A stretch of 64,000 nucleotides of DNA, taken from contig CALFCF010000004.1 in NCBI GenBank assembly GCA_937951345.1, positions 85,341 through 149,340 on the forward strand, given 5' to 3'. This document shows positions 1 to 10,048 of the stretch, piece by piece. How positions within the stretch are numbered: position 1 is the stretch's first letter; each line of letters begins with the position of its first letter. The notes beneath the pieces are model-generated. The model made no database searches and was not told the DNA's origin. It saw nothing but the letters and a program-made list of their open reading frames with translations. The DNA comes from an uncultured Granulosicoccaceae bacterium (lineage in GTDB: Bacteria; Pseudomonadota; Gammaproteobacteria; Granulosicoccales; Granulosicoccaceae). Made by a program: the position numbers and the translations under genes.

Positions 1-2989
1 CGATGATTCGAAGAGACCGAATATTGCCAAGATCACTGAGTTTCCATGTGCCGTCAAGATAACGTCCCAAAGTCGCTTTGCGAAAATCCGGAACCTTGAC
101 CGCGTATTCACTAACATAAACGGGATGAATTGGCTGAGTCAGTGTCCAGTCATACACTTCTTTTAAAGAACGCAAACCCGCGAGCTTAGTACCGATATAG
201 AAGTGATAATAAATATTGATTGGTTTAAGTCGAAATGGCTTATCAGTCATTTCAAAAGTTTCAATAACATGCCTGAAACCATCGAATGGACCCGTCCAGT
301 CATTGGTATACACGTTTTCATTCATGATGGGTGCATAGACTTGTAGCTGCGCTCCAACCGGCCGTGCCATCGGACTCACTCGTGAATGAGCTGGCATCGC
401 TTTGCGTATGGTTGTATTACCCCCGTTTAGATTCACCATTCCTGTTCGTGCAACTGCAGCGAGCATTCGCTCTGTCGGCAACGCATCACCGCTCCAGAGA
501 AACACATCAGTTTGCTTACCTTCAGGTGCCAGATTTTTATCGATGAATTCTTTTGAGCCCTGTGCTTCACGCTCCGGTGAAAAGCTATAACCATCGAGCT
601 TCAAGTTGTACTTGCCACTGTCCGGGTAACCCGCGATCTTTTGCCATTTAAAGGGATGACTGTAAGTATGTGTCGCGATCTCCACATTGGGTAACGCAAA
701 AATTTCACGAGCTGTACTAAACATGCGCTCACGGCTGTCAGCGTATTGCTCAAACCCAGTCATTTCCCCTTCTACAATCGACACCGTGTGTGGCAGATCG
801 TATTGCGAGAGCACGTCATCTTTTATCAACTCGGCCCCTAGCTTGCGCCCGGGAAATTCCGCCCACGACGGCAGCGCATCACCATCGATATGTGCCAGGA
901 AGAGGCGCCTGCCGTTTTCAGTGGTGACGTCCGGCATCGGCGCGTCACTAACACCCAATGCTTCTTTCAAAAATTCAAACGGGTTGATGTGCCAGTAGAC
1001 GACGTTATCAATATCAGTAAAAAATCCGGTAGGTGAAATAATCATTCCGCCCCAGGGTCCGGTAACAATCGAATCAACCGTACGACCACGCGCATCCTTA
1101 TAGCTCAAGTGAACCTTATTCTCAGCGCTGGAGTTTGCGACCAGGTAAGAGAAGTTTTCTATTCGCGAAGGCAATTGCTTTTCGAAGTCCAGAGATGAGC
1201 TTTTATGCGATACCTTCGCTGTTGCCGAGTCGAATTCAGCAACGTGTTTCAATCCCATTGCGTCAATGGATTCCTGATTCAGGTAAAAACCTGGGTGAGC
1301 AAGTGTTATCAACCGCATTCCAGTCGCTACCTGTGCCCCCATCCAATTCTGGAAACCGGGGTGCTTCACCGGCGAAAACCCTGCATAGGCGACTGCTGCG
1401 AAGGCACCTTGCAAATTTTGATCAGGCAGTCCTTCGGTCGCAATGTCGTGGTAGTGAGGCACATACCCCATGTACTCCAAAGGCATTGCCAACAACGTAT
1501 GCACCAACGTAAAGTAGAGCGTCGTACCGTCACTCGAATCATGAAGCATCATCACTTTACGTGGCAGTGATTCAAGCAAGCCGATCCCTACATGATCAAG
1601 CGAAGGGGTGGATATCCACGGAACAAAACCGTGCGCGGCAATAACTTTCGCGACAGCTTTGGCTTCCTTGCGCCTCGAAGGCGGCACATAGTCGATAACA
1701 ATAACGTCAAGGCCATACGTATCTTTGGCTTTGTTCAAGTGACCAAGCAGCCACTGTCGATCCGTGTCATCAACCTCTGTATAGATCTTTTTGTTATTGT
1801 CCCATGAGGCATACAAGGACTCAGCTGCCACCGCCTCAAGATATTGCGCAGCCTGATCGAGTATCTCGAAACCGCGATTACTGATTAACTTGAGATCCGG
1901 ATATTGCTGTTTGATCGCTTGCAGAAGCGTCACCAGTCCGGCTTCCTGACGAACCCGCTCTTCAGGTTGTTTTGCGTACAGCTGATAGCTGTCCATCGTG
2001 TCGAGAAACAGGCCTTTGTAACCGGCACGTTGCAATACATCAACACGTTCAAGCAGAAATTTTCGCCACGCTGGATTAGATAGATCCAGGACTTTACTTC
2101 CCCACGTATTATTGCTACCCAGTATCCACTCAGCGGGTATACGATTGGCAAATCGACGATGAGGGCCGACTTCACCGACGCTGAGATAGGCATAGGGTGT
2201 TGCACCATTGGCTGTCAACTGCGACAGTTCTTCTTCATTGATCGCATCAGCTTCGAGTATGAGTCGATCAAATTGAGAAAGCTGATCGACCGGCGGTTTG
2301 TCCCCGTAATACACTGCAACACTGCGACCCACCATCGGTCCGACAAGCTCTTTACGCGCTGCACTGGTTTTCAGGAATTGATAACCCGAATCTTTCTCAT
2401 CTATCCGATGTTCACCGGCCAGTGCTGCCTGAAGCTGAGGTTCGTATTGATCGGACTGCCCTGCAGCAAGTAAGTGTTTTACCGGTAGTCTCTGGACCAG
2501 ACGTGTAACTACCTTGTTCGCCGTTGCGGAAACTGCGCCACCGAAAGACCCTACAACTGATTCTTTACCTGTCCACAGGGCTTCAGTCTGTTGAGTGGCG
2601 TGCACGCTAAGCGCGACGGAAACTCGTGGGCGGGCACCATTGATATTTCCGGATCGCCAACGGATGATCTCACCGCTTAGGTACTGCGTTACACCCTGTT
2701 GCCGAAAAACTTCAAGTTGACGCTCGCGGGGATCACGTGTTGCTGCCAGCACCGGCGTAAAACCCGCATTCCGCAAACTGGTTTCAAGCTGCAACGCGAG
2801 TGTGCGCTCAGCAACAACATCTACGAAATCGGACTGTAGTGGCAGGACACCGATCAGTGCCTGTCCGTGCGCTGCAGATGCTCCGCCACCGGCAACCAAA
2901 GAAGGTCCGGACACAGAGCATCCTGCAAACAAAAGGAGTAAGCCAAAAATCAACGGTACACGGCAAATTACATGCACTATAGCTTTCAT
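1..2989 (-). CDS. pelA: PelA-like bifunctional glycoside hydrolase (GH114/PelA-type TIM barrel) / CE4 polysaccharide deacetylase, lipoprotein. The first 996 codons are present and the 3' end lies beyond the window start.
   Basis: Absent from the ORF track because it runs off the edge. My manual minus-strand translation from ATG 2989..2987 stays open for 996 codons down to position 2. N-terminus MKAIVHVICRVPLIFGLLLLFAGC carries a lipobox. Hydrolase region: ATPYAYLSVGEVGPHRRF...GYKGLFLDTMDSYQ. CE4 motifs: FLAHIDGDALP and EIATHTYSHPFKW. It lies 205 nt downstream of pelG. Confidence 0.8.
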   Translation of the reverse strand, partial: MKAIVHVICRVPLIFGLLLLFAGCSVSGPSLVAGGGASAAHGQALIGVLPLQSDFVDVVAERTLALQLETSLRNAGFTPVLAATRDPRERQLEVFRQQGVTQYLSGEIIRWRSGNINGARPRVSVALSVHATQQTEALWTGKESVVGSFGGAVSATANKVVTRLVQRLPVKHLLAAGQSDQYEPQLQAALAGEHRIDEKDSGYQFLKTSAARKELVGPMVGRSVAVYYGDKPPVDQLSQFDRLILEADAINEEELSQLTANGATPYAYLSVGEVGPHRRFANRIPAEWILGSNNTWGSKVLDLSNPAWRKFLLERVDVLQRAGYKGLFLDTMDSYQLYAKQPEERVRQEAGLVTLLQAIKQQYPDLKLISNRGFEILDQAAQYLEAVAAESLYASWDNNKKIYTEVDDTDRQWLLGHLNKAKDTYGLDVIVIDYVPPSRRKEAKAVAKVIAAHGFVPWISTPSLDHVGIGLLESLPRKVMMLHDSSDGTTLYFTLVHTLLAMPLEYMGYVPHYHDIATEGLPDQNLQGAFAAVAYAGFSPVKHPGFQNWMGAQVATGMRLITLAHPGFYLNQESIDAMGLKHVAEFDSATAKVSHKSSSLDFEKQLPSRIENFSYLVANSSAENKVHLSYKDARGRTVDSIVTGPWGGMIISPTGFFTDIDNVVYWHINPFEFLKEALGVSDAPMPDVTTENGRRLFLAHIDGDALPSWAEFPGRKLGAELIKDDVLSQYDLPHTVSIVEGEMTGFEQYADSRERMFSTAREIFALPNVEIATHTYSHPFKWQKIAGYPDSGKYNLKLDGYSFSPEREAQGSKEFIDKNLAPEGKQTDVFLWSGDALPTERMLAAVARTGMVNLNGGNTTIRKAMPAHSRVSPMARPVGAQLQVYAPIMNENVYTNDWTGPFDGFRHVIETFEMTDKPFRLKPINIYYHFYIGTKLAGLRSLKEVYDWTLTQPIHPVYVSEYAVKVPDFRKATLGRYLDGTWKLSDLGNIRSLRII

Positions 2990-3194
2990 GTGGTTTGTAC
3001 TTAATTGCAGCTGGCTACGATCTGACGGGTGCTGTACTAGTAAGCATCATATGAATGTCTAGAATGCAGATTGCATTCCAGCGCCGAGCTACGCCAATGT
3101 GAGGAAATCACGTGCACAGTCTGTTACGCACACAGACAGTGAAAGCACAGAGAAGTCTAGAGAGAAGTTACAAATAAATTCGATGAACTATGGA

Positions 3195-4625
3195 TCAGGC
3201 CTGACTACCAGCGACAACAGTCTCATCTGAAACTGATACGCCGCTGTTTTTTCTACGTCGATCAGCCATGAATGTCTGATATTCAATACCGTCCATTACG
3301 GATGACAGACGAATAATGCCAACAAAGGCTGTTAAAGCCATTGATACACCGAAACCGTAGCCATAGAAGTCCGGCCCTGCTTTCAGAGTCAACGCCGTTA
3401 ATAACGTGTTCGACACCAATAACGTAAGCGTTAACAACAGTGCATCTTTCAGCCGATCAAGATAAAAAAGGACATTTAGTACAGCCAGCATCAATACCTG
3501 CGCTGCCACACCAATCAAGTCGATGTAATAGAGATGAACATAACGCGGAGAAATACCCAGCCACTGAATGATAGTCGGCCCGAGTAAATACAGAATCAAA
3601 ACAGTGACACCCTGGACACGAAGAATCTGATAGATTCCTTCACGTACCGCGACCACCATTTCATTACCAAGTTTTTCAATTTCCAGAAGACTTGCGTTAC
3701 CACGCACGGCTTTGAAAAACCCCTCATAAGCTTCGGCGAAATCTGTTTCGATTCGCAACAGGAAAACTGCCATACCCGGGATGATACTCAGGTAAGCCAA
3801 AAAGATCGGCAGATCGTAAATGGTCGATGTGCGCAGAGGGCCGATAATTGACTCCGATGTACCAGGTGTCAGCCAGAACAGTAGCTTATCGACCCATATA
3901 CCGAGATTGTAGAAAAACCCGATAAAAATAAGTATCGGAAAAATCTGGCGTCGATCAAAAAAATCCAGCGCCAATGTTCGCTTGACGCGATACTCCGGCA
4001 CACAAACACCCAACATCAGAAAAAGCAAAACTGCATGACCTGCCAACACACCGAAGAGCAAACCATTCAATCCGTGTGGAATCAACAACACTGAAAACAG
4101 AAACGTCAGAAAATAACCGACAGCAAAAGCAACCAGTATCAGCTTGAACTGCTTAAGCCCTGCTACGAATATAACAACGATCCACACATTCGACAGCACA
4201 ACAAAGTTTGCCACCATTAACAATTCGTAGAAGAACGACTCGTTAAAAAGAAAAAACTTGCACATCAACGCAAACGCCAGCGAGACAACAGTCGTGACCA
4301 GCAATGCACCGAACAGATTGGGGTTCACATCGTCTTCACGGTCATTGTAGAGTTTGTCAGCAATGAATCGGGTAAATAGCAATTGAAACAAACCCGTCAG
4401 TATCAGCGATGAACCCATAATCCAGGTCACTGATGTGGTGAACTGCCGAATTTCATGACCACCAATCTTTTGTGACACTGCAACAATGCCAATCAGCATG
4501 ACACCAACGATCGACAATACCCAGGGACCGGCACTAATCAAACCGGCAAATCCGTAGGCTTTTAACGATCCTGTAAAAGAATCGTCATTCAGGTATTTTC
4601 GTAGTTCAAAGCCAATGCCAGCCAT
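3195..4625 (-). CDS. pelG: PelG, polytopic inner-membrane Pel polysaccharide export protein
   Basis: 476 aa with about 12 hydrophobic segments. The N-terminus MAGIGFELRKYLNDDSF is typical of PelG. Its position follows pelF. Confidence 0.8.
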   Translation of the reverse strand: MAGIGFELRKYLNDDSFTGSLKAYGFAGLISAGPWVLSIVGVMLIGIVAVSQKIGGHEIRQFTTSVTWIMGSSLILTGLFQLLFTRFIADKLYNDREDDVNPNLFGALLVTTVVSLAFALMCKFFLFNESFFYELLMVANFVVLSNVWIVVIFVAGLKQFKLILVAFAVGYFLTFLFSVLLIPHGLNGLLFGVLAGHAVLLFLMLGVCVPEYRVKRTLALDFFDRRQIFPILIFIGFFYNLGIWVDKLLFWLTPGTSESIIGPLRTSTIYDLPIFLAYLSIIPGMAVFLLRIETDFAEAYEGFFKAVRGNASLLEIEKLGNEMVVAVREGIYQILRVQGVTVLILYLLGPTIIQWLGISPRYVHLYYIDLIGVAAQVLMLAVLNVLFYLDRLKDALLLTLTLLVSNTLLTALTLKAGPDFYGYGFGVSMALTAFVGIIRLSSVMDGIEYQTFMADRRRKNSGVSVSDETVVAGSQA

Positions 4626-4666
4626 GGTTCTTGATTACTCAGGATTCTTGCAGTTTACGACCATGA

Positions 4667-6286
4667 TCACGATGCTTTACGGACAGAGGTGTCAGCAGCG
4701 TCTCGCTGTTGACCTGTGTGCCGTACATATATCGACCGATAGCGATCGATCATGTCTTTGTCGCTGTAAAACGCTTCAACCCGTTTAATGGCCGCATCAC
4801 GAGCAGCGCACCACTTGTTTCGATCGGTGAGCAATTGCAACGCAGCTTCGGCAAATTGAGTGGGATTGGATATGGATACAATCTCACCTGATGCACCCAG
4901 CGCACGATCTTCTTCGCTGACGCCATAGATCAATTCGCTGCAACTGCCGACATCAGTTGTTAACGCCGGTATACCTGCCGCGTAACCTTCCAGCGTTGTC
5001 AATGGTTGCCCCTCTGACACAGAGGTCAGTACATTCAAGCCCAGTTGTGGAAACATTTCAGCAGGTTTTTGAAAGCCGAGGAATTTCACCGTGTCAGTAA
5101 GATCCAGACTCTCAACCAGCAGTTTACATTCTTCAAAATAATCTTCATCTTCATCCTGCGGCCCGATCAGCCAACCTTCTACGTCCGGTATGGTTTCTTT
5201 TATGACGCCCATCGCACGTATAAACGTTTTGATGTCTTTTATCGGGACAACGCGACCAATGAGTCCGAGTACAGGCGGTACCGGTGCATCGTCTGCACGA
5301 CGCACCTTCTTGAAGGCTTCAATATTGACGCCGTTTGGAATGATGGTTAGCTTTTCCGGTGGACAACCATCAACAATCTGCCGTCGTCTGTTACCGTCAT
5401 ACAACGTGTAAATTTCAGATGCTGCGCTATAGGCCATGCTACCCAGAGACTTGAAAAATTGAATCCAGACGCTGCGCAGGTAACCCATTTCTTCGTTTAA
5501 ACCCACCTTGAACGGATCCAGCTCCTCCGGAATCCATTCAACCTGCGCCAAATCCAGCTCACGTTCCTTGGTGTAAATGCCATGTTCAGTGATGATATAG
5601 GGCACGCCTTTACTGCTATGCAGCATAGCTCCAAGAAAACCCGCGTAGCCGGTGGACACCGAGTGATAAAGCCGGGCCGGTGGTGCAAGCCTGGCGGCTT
5701 CACCTAACGTAAAGAGTGGCGTATGCATGCCTCGCACACTCCAGAAATAGTGGTTGAAATCCAGATCTCCGGGTGCTTGCGCATACTTTTCCCGAATGGT
5801 TTCCCATGAAGCCTGACTGTAATGCAACTCGTCTTCAGTAATAGCATCTTCACCGGCCAGCAATTCAGCAAAACCTTCCGCAACGTTTGCAGGCAAATGG
5901 TTCTGGTTTTCAGACAGTTGTGTGTGCAGATCACTGTTACGAGCAAACTGCGCCTTTTTTATCCGCCGTTTAGCCAAATCGGCTGAGTTACGAACTTTAT
6001 TGCGAATTCGCGCCGCCAGAGAATCAGAATTCTCTGTCTCCTCTGTACGCGCTAATAGAAAACACATCTCGATATGTACAAGATTATCGGGCAATTCGTA
6101 GGCGGGTTCTTCGTATTCTTGTTCGCGGGTGCCAAGAAAAATAATCGAGAAGGTGAGCTCCGGCATACCTTCAATCAGTTGCTTAACCCAGGTCGATACA
6201 CCACCGCGGACGTAAGGATAAGTACCCTCCAGTAACAGACACACATCCGCCTGCGCGGCCGGGTTATATCGCGGAGACGCACTCAC
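4667..6286 (-). CDS. pelF: PelF, GT4-family glycosyltransferase with DUF3492-type N-terminal domain
   Basis: 539 aa. The N-terminal LLLEGTYPYVRGGVSTWV signature is followed by a GT1/GT4-type C-terminal fold (LTSVSEGQPLTTLEGYAAGIPALTTDVGS). It overlaps pelE by 4 nt. Confidence 0.85.
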   Translation of the reverse strand: MSASPRYNPAAQADVCLLLEGTYPYVRGGVSTWVKQLIEGMPELTFSIIFLGTREQEYEEPAYELPDNLVHIEMCFLLARTEETENSDSLAARIRNKVRNSADLAKRRIKKAQFARNSDLHTQLSENQNHLPANVAEGFAELLAGEDAITEDELHYSQASWETIREKYAQAPGDLDFNHYFWSVRGMHTPLFTLGEAARLAPPARLYHSVSTGYAGFLGAMLHSSKGVPYIITEHGIYTKERELDLAQVEWIPEELDPFKVGLNEEMGYLRSVWIQFFKSLGSMAYSAASEIYTLYDGNRRRQIVDGCPPEKLTIIPNGVNIEAFKKVRRADDAPVPPVLGLIGRVVPIKDIKTFIRAMGVIKETIPDVEGWLIGPQDEDEDYFEECKLLVESLDLTDTVKFLGFQKPAEMFPQLGLNVLTSVSEGQPLTTLEGYAAGIPALTTDVGSCSELIYGVSEEDRALGASGEIVSISNPTQFAEAALQLLTDRNKWCAARDAAIKRVEAFYSDKDMIDRYRSIYVRHTGQQRDAADTSVRKAS

Positions 6287-7446
6287 GATGCAACACCCCG
6301 AGCAGGCTGTTGCGCCTGCCAGTACCCGGCCACTTGACTCAGCGGCGGATAAACTTTGAATGCGTCCTCAACATTACTTAAATATTTGACCACCCTGGGA
6401 AAGTCCCGTTTGTTAAAAGAGACTTCAGCCAGATACGGCAGAATTTTTTCCGAAGGCATACCGAGTGCTGCTGCCTGCTGAAACGCATCATCGGCTGTTT
6501 CCAGCTCATGTTGCATCAAAGCAGTACGTCCAAGCGTAAAGTGTGCGTTACGATTCGTGGGTTGAATATCGATAGCTTTACGCGCTGCAGCCGCAGCTTT
6601 TTTCAACAACTGCTTGCGTGTCACTGCCTCGCCCTTTTCAAGCGTCAGCAATTCCCAGTAGTTGCTGGCAATTTGCAGCCAGGTATTTGCCTTGTCATGC
6701 CCTTCCTGATTGCGAGCGGTGACTTCCAATCGTTGAATTTCGCGATTTAATCCTGTGGCTTTGCTATCGAGAGTCTGATAAGCCGTCAGGCGAATTTTGT
6801 CATCCGGATGTCCTACAGCTTGCTTAAGAAGCGGTACCGACAACGATGCTTTGATATTCGACGCAGCCAGAATCTTTTTGTATAGATCATCTGTATCCTC
6901 CGAATAGATAAGCTGCTCGAGAAATCCACGACTGTCATAGGCTGCGACCTTCCGTCCGATCGGCGTTACAAAAGGTAAGTCGATATTGTCAGTTACGTGC
7001 CAGTAAATATCTTCGGATTCCCGACTGTTGGCAAACCAGATGCCGGTCAACAACGCCACTACGATACCTGGGCCACCAACAATTGGCACAGCAAGCGCAG
7101 TGCACAGCGTAAGAATGCCGAGACCGGCAACAGGATGCAATCGGGATTGTTTTTCTTTGTGGTAATCGTCGCTGCTACTATCCAACATCACATCTGCGAT
7201 CAATGCCACAGAGAAAGCAGTGCCGATCGAAGCAACGACGTGCACAGCCAACCACCAGGCGATCTGCATGGTCGAATCGGATATCGAGAAGATGCGTCCA
7301 AGCAAATGAAACTGAAGTGCAAGGCACAATAAGAAAAGTACCCCACCCGTGAAAACACTGACAGGCAATTGTTTAACTCTGTCGAACACGGCTACCGGTC
7401 GCGCAGTGGATTCTGCCAGCGACGATGGTTCGTCAGCAGGTGTCAC
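6283..7446 (-). CDS. pelE: PelE-like inner-membrane TPR protein
   Basis: 387 aa with N-terminal transmembrane helices and a helical-repeat (TPR-like) C-terminal half. It overlaps both pelD and pelF by 4 nt, in the canonical pelD-E-F order. Confidence 0.65.
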   Translation of the reverse strand: MTPADEPSSLAESTARPVAVFDRVKQLPVSVFTGGVLFLLCLALQFHLLGRIFSISDSTMQIAWWLAVHVVASIGTAFSVALIADVMLDSSSDDYHKEKQSRLHPVAGLGILTLCTALAVPIVGGPGIVVALLTGIWFANSRESEDIYWHVTDNIDLPFVTPIGRKVAAYDSRGFLEQLIYSEDTDDLYKKILAASNIKASLSVPLLKQAVGHPDDKIRLTAYQTLDSKATGLNREIQRLEVTARNQEGHDKANTWLQIASNYWELLTLEKGEAVTRKQLLKKAAAAARKAIDIQPTNRNAHFTLGRTALMQHELETADDAFQQAAALGMPSEKILPYLAEVSFNKRDFPRVVKYLSNVEDAFKVYPPLSQVAGYWQAQQPARGVAS

Positions 7447-8906
7447 GCGACTTTCTCATCGCCGGAGTCATGCTCCTGCGGCTCTGATCTTTCTGCAGAA
7501 AGCCTGGACCCGACAACGCGCTTGCCACGCTTAGCTTTTTTACTCTGCTCTGTGCCACGGATAAAATTGACACAATCGTCCCGCGATACAGATTTAGTCA
7601 ACTCCAGCATCCGACAGCTGGATGTTGCTTTTTCAAAGTCGATACCAAATTGTGCCGTGATGGAATCTATCAATCGCTGTAGATAACCTTCCGCCTGACT
7701 CTTTGAGATCAGCGGTAACAGCACAACTACAGTCTGAAAACCATCACGGGATTGTAGCTGCCAGGACGCATCGAGACTACGTATGCCGCTGGCGATGTGG
7801 TCGGATATTTGTCTATCCGCATCAAAACGCTTGAGTCGAATGCAGAGAAGTGACGAGCGCACACTATTTGTGCTTGCGAAACGTAACGCCGTTTCGAGCT
7901 CTGCCATAAACCATGCGCCACGCGTATTTGAAGCACCCTTCGAGCGTGTCAACATGTCACCCACATAGCCGCACAATAACGACAGAAGATTCAGATTCTC
8001 TTGCTGGAACGCCATGAAATGCATATCACGAATGGCGAGCACACCGTGTAGCTTTCCACCGGCATCAACAATCGGCACGGCTGCGAGCAAATCATTTTGA
8101 TGCTTATCTTCAGCCAGAGAGTCAAGCTTTACACTTACCAGCTTTTGTTCTTTTATCGCAAGGTTAAGTATTTTGTCGAACATCGGCAATTCACCCATGT
8201 TGCCGTGAATCGCAACCGCACGACTGTCTACAATCTTGTCATTTTTCATGGCATAAAGACCGGCAATCTGCACAGAGCAGAACTGCGAGAACACGGCCAT
8301 TAACTCGGAACCAGCCTGTAGCCCGTTTTCCTCAGCGGTAAGTACTGGTTTTAATTGTTGCAGTGCCTGACGCAGGCTCAAACGCTGGCCCGCCATATAC
8401 TCTTCTAACTGTCCATGAGAAACCTTCAATACATGGTAGTCATTAGAGAATTCTTTCAATCGGTGTCGCAAATATTGATTCTCGGCACCGGCTTGAGCGG
8501 CGCGTTTGCGCCATTCACTGCCTGCATCCCCAACCACCACGGACAGCACAACCATACCTGCAGACAGCACAATTGCCGCTACCAGACTGCCGTAGAAAAG
8601 TGCTGCCGTAAACAAGATCGCTGCTGCTGCAACAACCGCACAGACAGCGCCATGTGCAACACCGTAACGCGCTGCAAATATTACCGGACCTACAATCGCC
8701 CATGGAAAACCGGCTTGTAGTCCAAGCGGATCGTGAGGAAAAAGGAGTGAGCCGGTGACAGGGGCAGCCAGTGCGAAGACCAATAACTCGATCGCCCGCT
8801 TGACGGTGCCGGGGTTACGCCTGGTTTTCCCGGCGGGTGCACGCTCGCGCAGGGAACTCATCCTGTTTCTTATCGATGAATACAACCTGGATATTTGCGT
8901 TTGCAC
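7443..8906 (-). CDS. pelD: PelD-like c-di-GMP receptor (TM region + GAF + degenerate GGDEF)
   Basis: 487 aa. The hydrophobic N-terminal quarter is followed by a soluble domain with no GG(D/E)EF motif. It sits between pelC and pelE. Confidence 0.65.
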   Translation of the reverse strand: MQTQISRLYSSIRNRMSSLRERAPAGKTRRNPGTVKRAIELLVFALAAPVTGSLLFPHDPLGLQAGFPWAIVGPVIFAARYGVAHGAVCAVVAAAAILFTAALFYGSLVAAIVLSAGMVVLSVVVGDAGSEWRKRAAQAGAENQYLRHRLKEFSNDYHVLKVSHGQLEEYMAGQRLSLRQALQQLKPVLTAEENGLQAGSELMAVFSQFCSVQIAGLYAMKNDKIVDSRAVAIHGNMGELPMFDKILNLAIKEQKLVSVKLDSLAEDKHQNDLLAAVPIVDAGGKLHGVLAIRDMHFMAFQQENLNLLSLLCGYVGDMLTRSKGASNTRGAWFMAELETALRFASTNSVRSSLLCIRLKRFDADRQISDHIASGIRSLDASWQLQSRDGFQTVVVLLPLISKSQAEGYLQRLIDSITAQFGIDFEKATSSCRMLELTKSVSRDDCVNFIRGTEQSKKAKRGKRVVGSRLSAERSEPQEHDSGDEKVA

Positions 8907-8921
8907 GTTGTGGTCCGATGC

Positions 8922-9884
8922 CTAATTACCCGAGGTAATCGCGGTGTTCAGAGGTTCTATCGACAACTGAGTCTCTGCCGGAGCCTCCGATGTCGACACT
9001 GTAGTTTCTGATAGAGCGGAGTCAGCACCTGGAATACGTAATCGTCCGGACGGTATCGGCATCTCTGCTTGTAATGTATCCAATGAACCGGAATTCAAAA
9101 CCGTATCACTCGGGATAACTGCTTCATCCGCCAACGCCGCACCTAAACCCGGTATAGAAATTTCTATTGGTCCGGTATCTTGTGGAACAACCTGTGGAGG
9201 GATGTCTTGCGTAGTGAATGGCGAAACAGATTCATCCACGCCCGATGTTGGATAGGTTGTGTTGTTGATAATTGTTTCAGTCGCAGCACGAATTGACAGC
9301 GCATTGTTAGATGCCACCGTATTGCCAATGCTCTGCTGACGTATGCGCAACTCGCCAACCATATCGGCAACAAGGCGGCTACCGACTCGCGAAAGATTAG
9401 CGTAACCCCAACCTGTGCGCGCTGCATTCGCTTGCCAGAGTACAGCACCCGTTGGTACATCAACGAGTTTCAGATTGACGCCAACAGCTGGCTCTTTGTC
9501 AGTACCTGACTTGTAATGCCATTCGCTGACAGAACCTGTTATTGCATAACGGAAACCACTGTTTAACGCCCAACTGGCGGCTTTTACCGTACGCGCACGA
9601 CCATCAAGGAGTGCAGCCAGTGTCTCAGGCCGTTCCTCAGGATAGATTTCCAACCGATTGACACCGCGTTTGCGTAACTGGGTTTCAACCAATGTGGCGA
9701 CCTTATGTCCAGCCATGGGTGTGGTCGACAAGTTCTCAATTGGAAGCACCGCCCAGCTTTGACCGGAATCTACAGTTACCGTGCGCGTAGATGTAATTGA
9801 ACTGCACGCACTTACTAACAGCAATACAACTGCAATTGCTAATCGATTGAGACTATGCATCGTTGTGAGAGAGCTGAACGCCAT
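8922..9884 (-). CDS. pelC: PelC-like outer-membrane lipoprotein with a long Ser/Thr/Pro-rich C-terminal extension
   Basis: 320 aa with lipobox LLLVSAC. The core is WAVLPIENLSTTPMAGHKVATLVETQL...YAITGSVSEWHYKSG...VNLKLVDVPTGAVLW. The last ~130 aa are low-complexity. Confidence 0.65.
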   Translation of the reverse strand: MAFSSLTTMHSLNRLAIAVVLLLVSACSSITSTRTVTVDSGQSWAVLPIENLSTTPMAGHKVATLVETQLRKRGVNRLEIYPEERPETLAALLDGRARTVKAASWALNSGFRYAITGSVSEWHYKSGTDKEPAVGVNLKLVDVPTGAVLWQANAARTGWGYANLSRVGSRLVADMVGELRIRQQSIGNTVASNNALSIRAATETIINNTTYPTSGVDESVSPFTTQDIPPQVVPQDTGPIEISIPGLGAALADEAVIPSDTVLNSGSLDTLQAEMPIPSGRLRIPGADSALSETTVSTSEAPAETQLSIEPLNTAITSGN

Positions 9885-10048
9885 TGACTGTCCGGATCTT
9901 ATTTTTATTGCTCACAGATCAACCAAAATATGCTGCGTGCAAGCTAGTGTATTGATGAAACAGCAAAGCAACTGTTGAGCCAGTCGAAGTTGACCGACCC
10001 CTGTGAGTGATACGCAAGTAAATGCATCTATCGGCCGTATCTGAACCG

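Noticed and set aside
331-2473. Numerous 60-125-aa plus-strand ORFs in the first 3 kb
   Set aside because: All are antisense or out of frame relative to the continuous 996-codon pelA-like frame on the minus strand.
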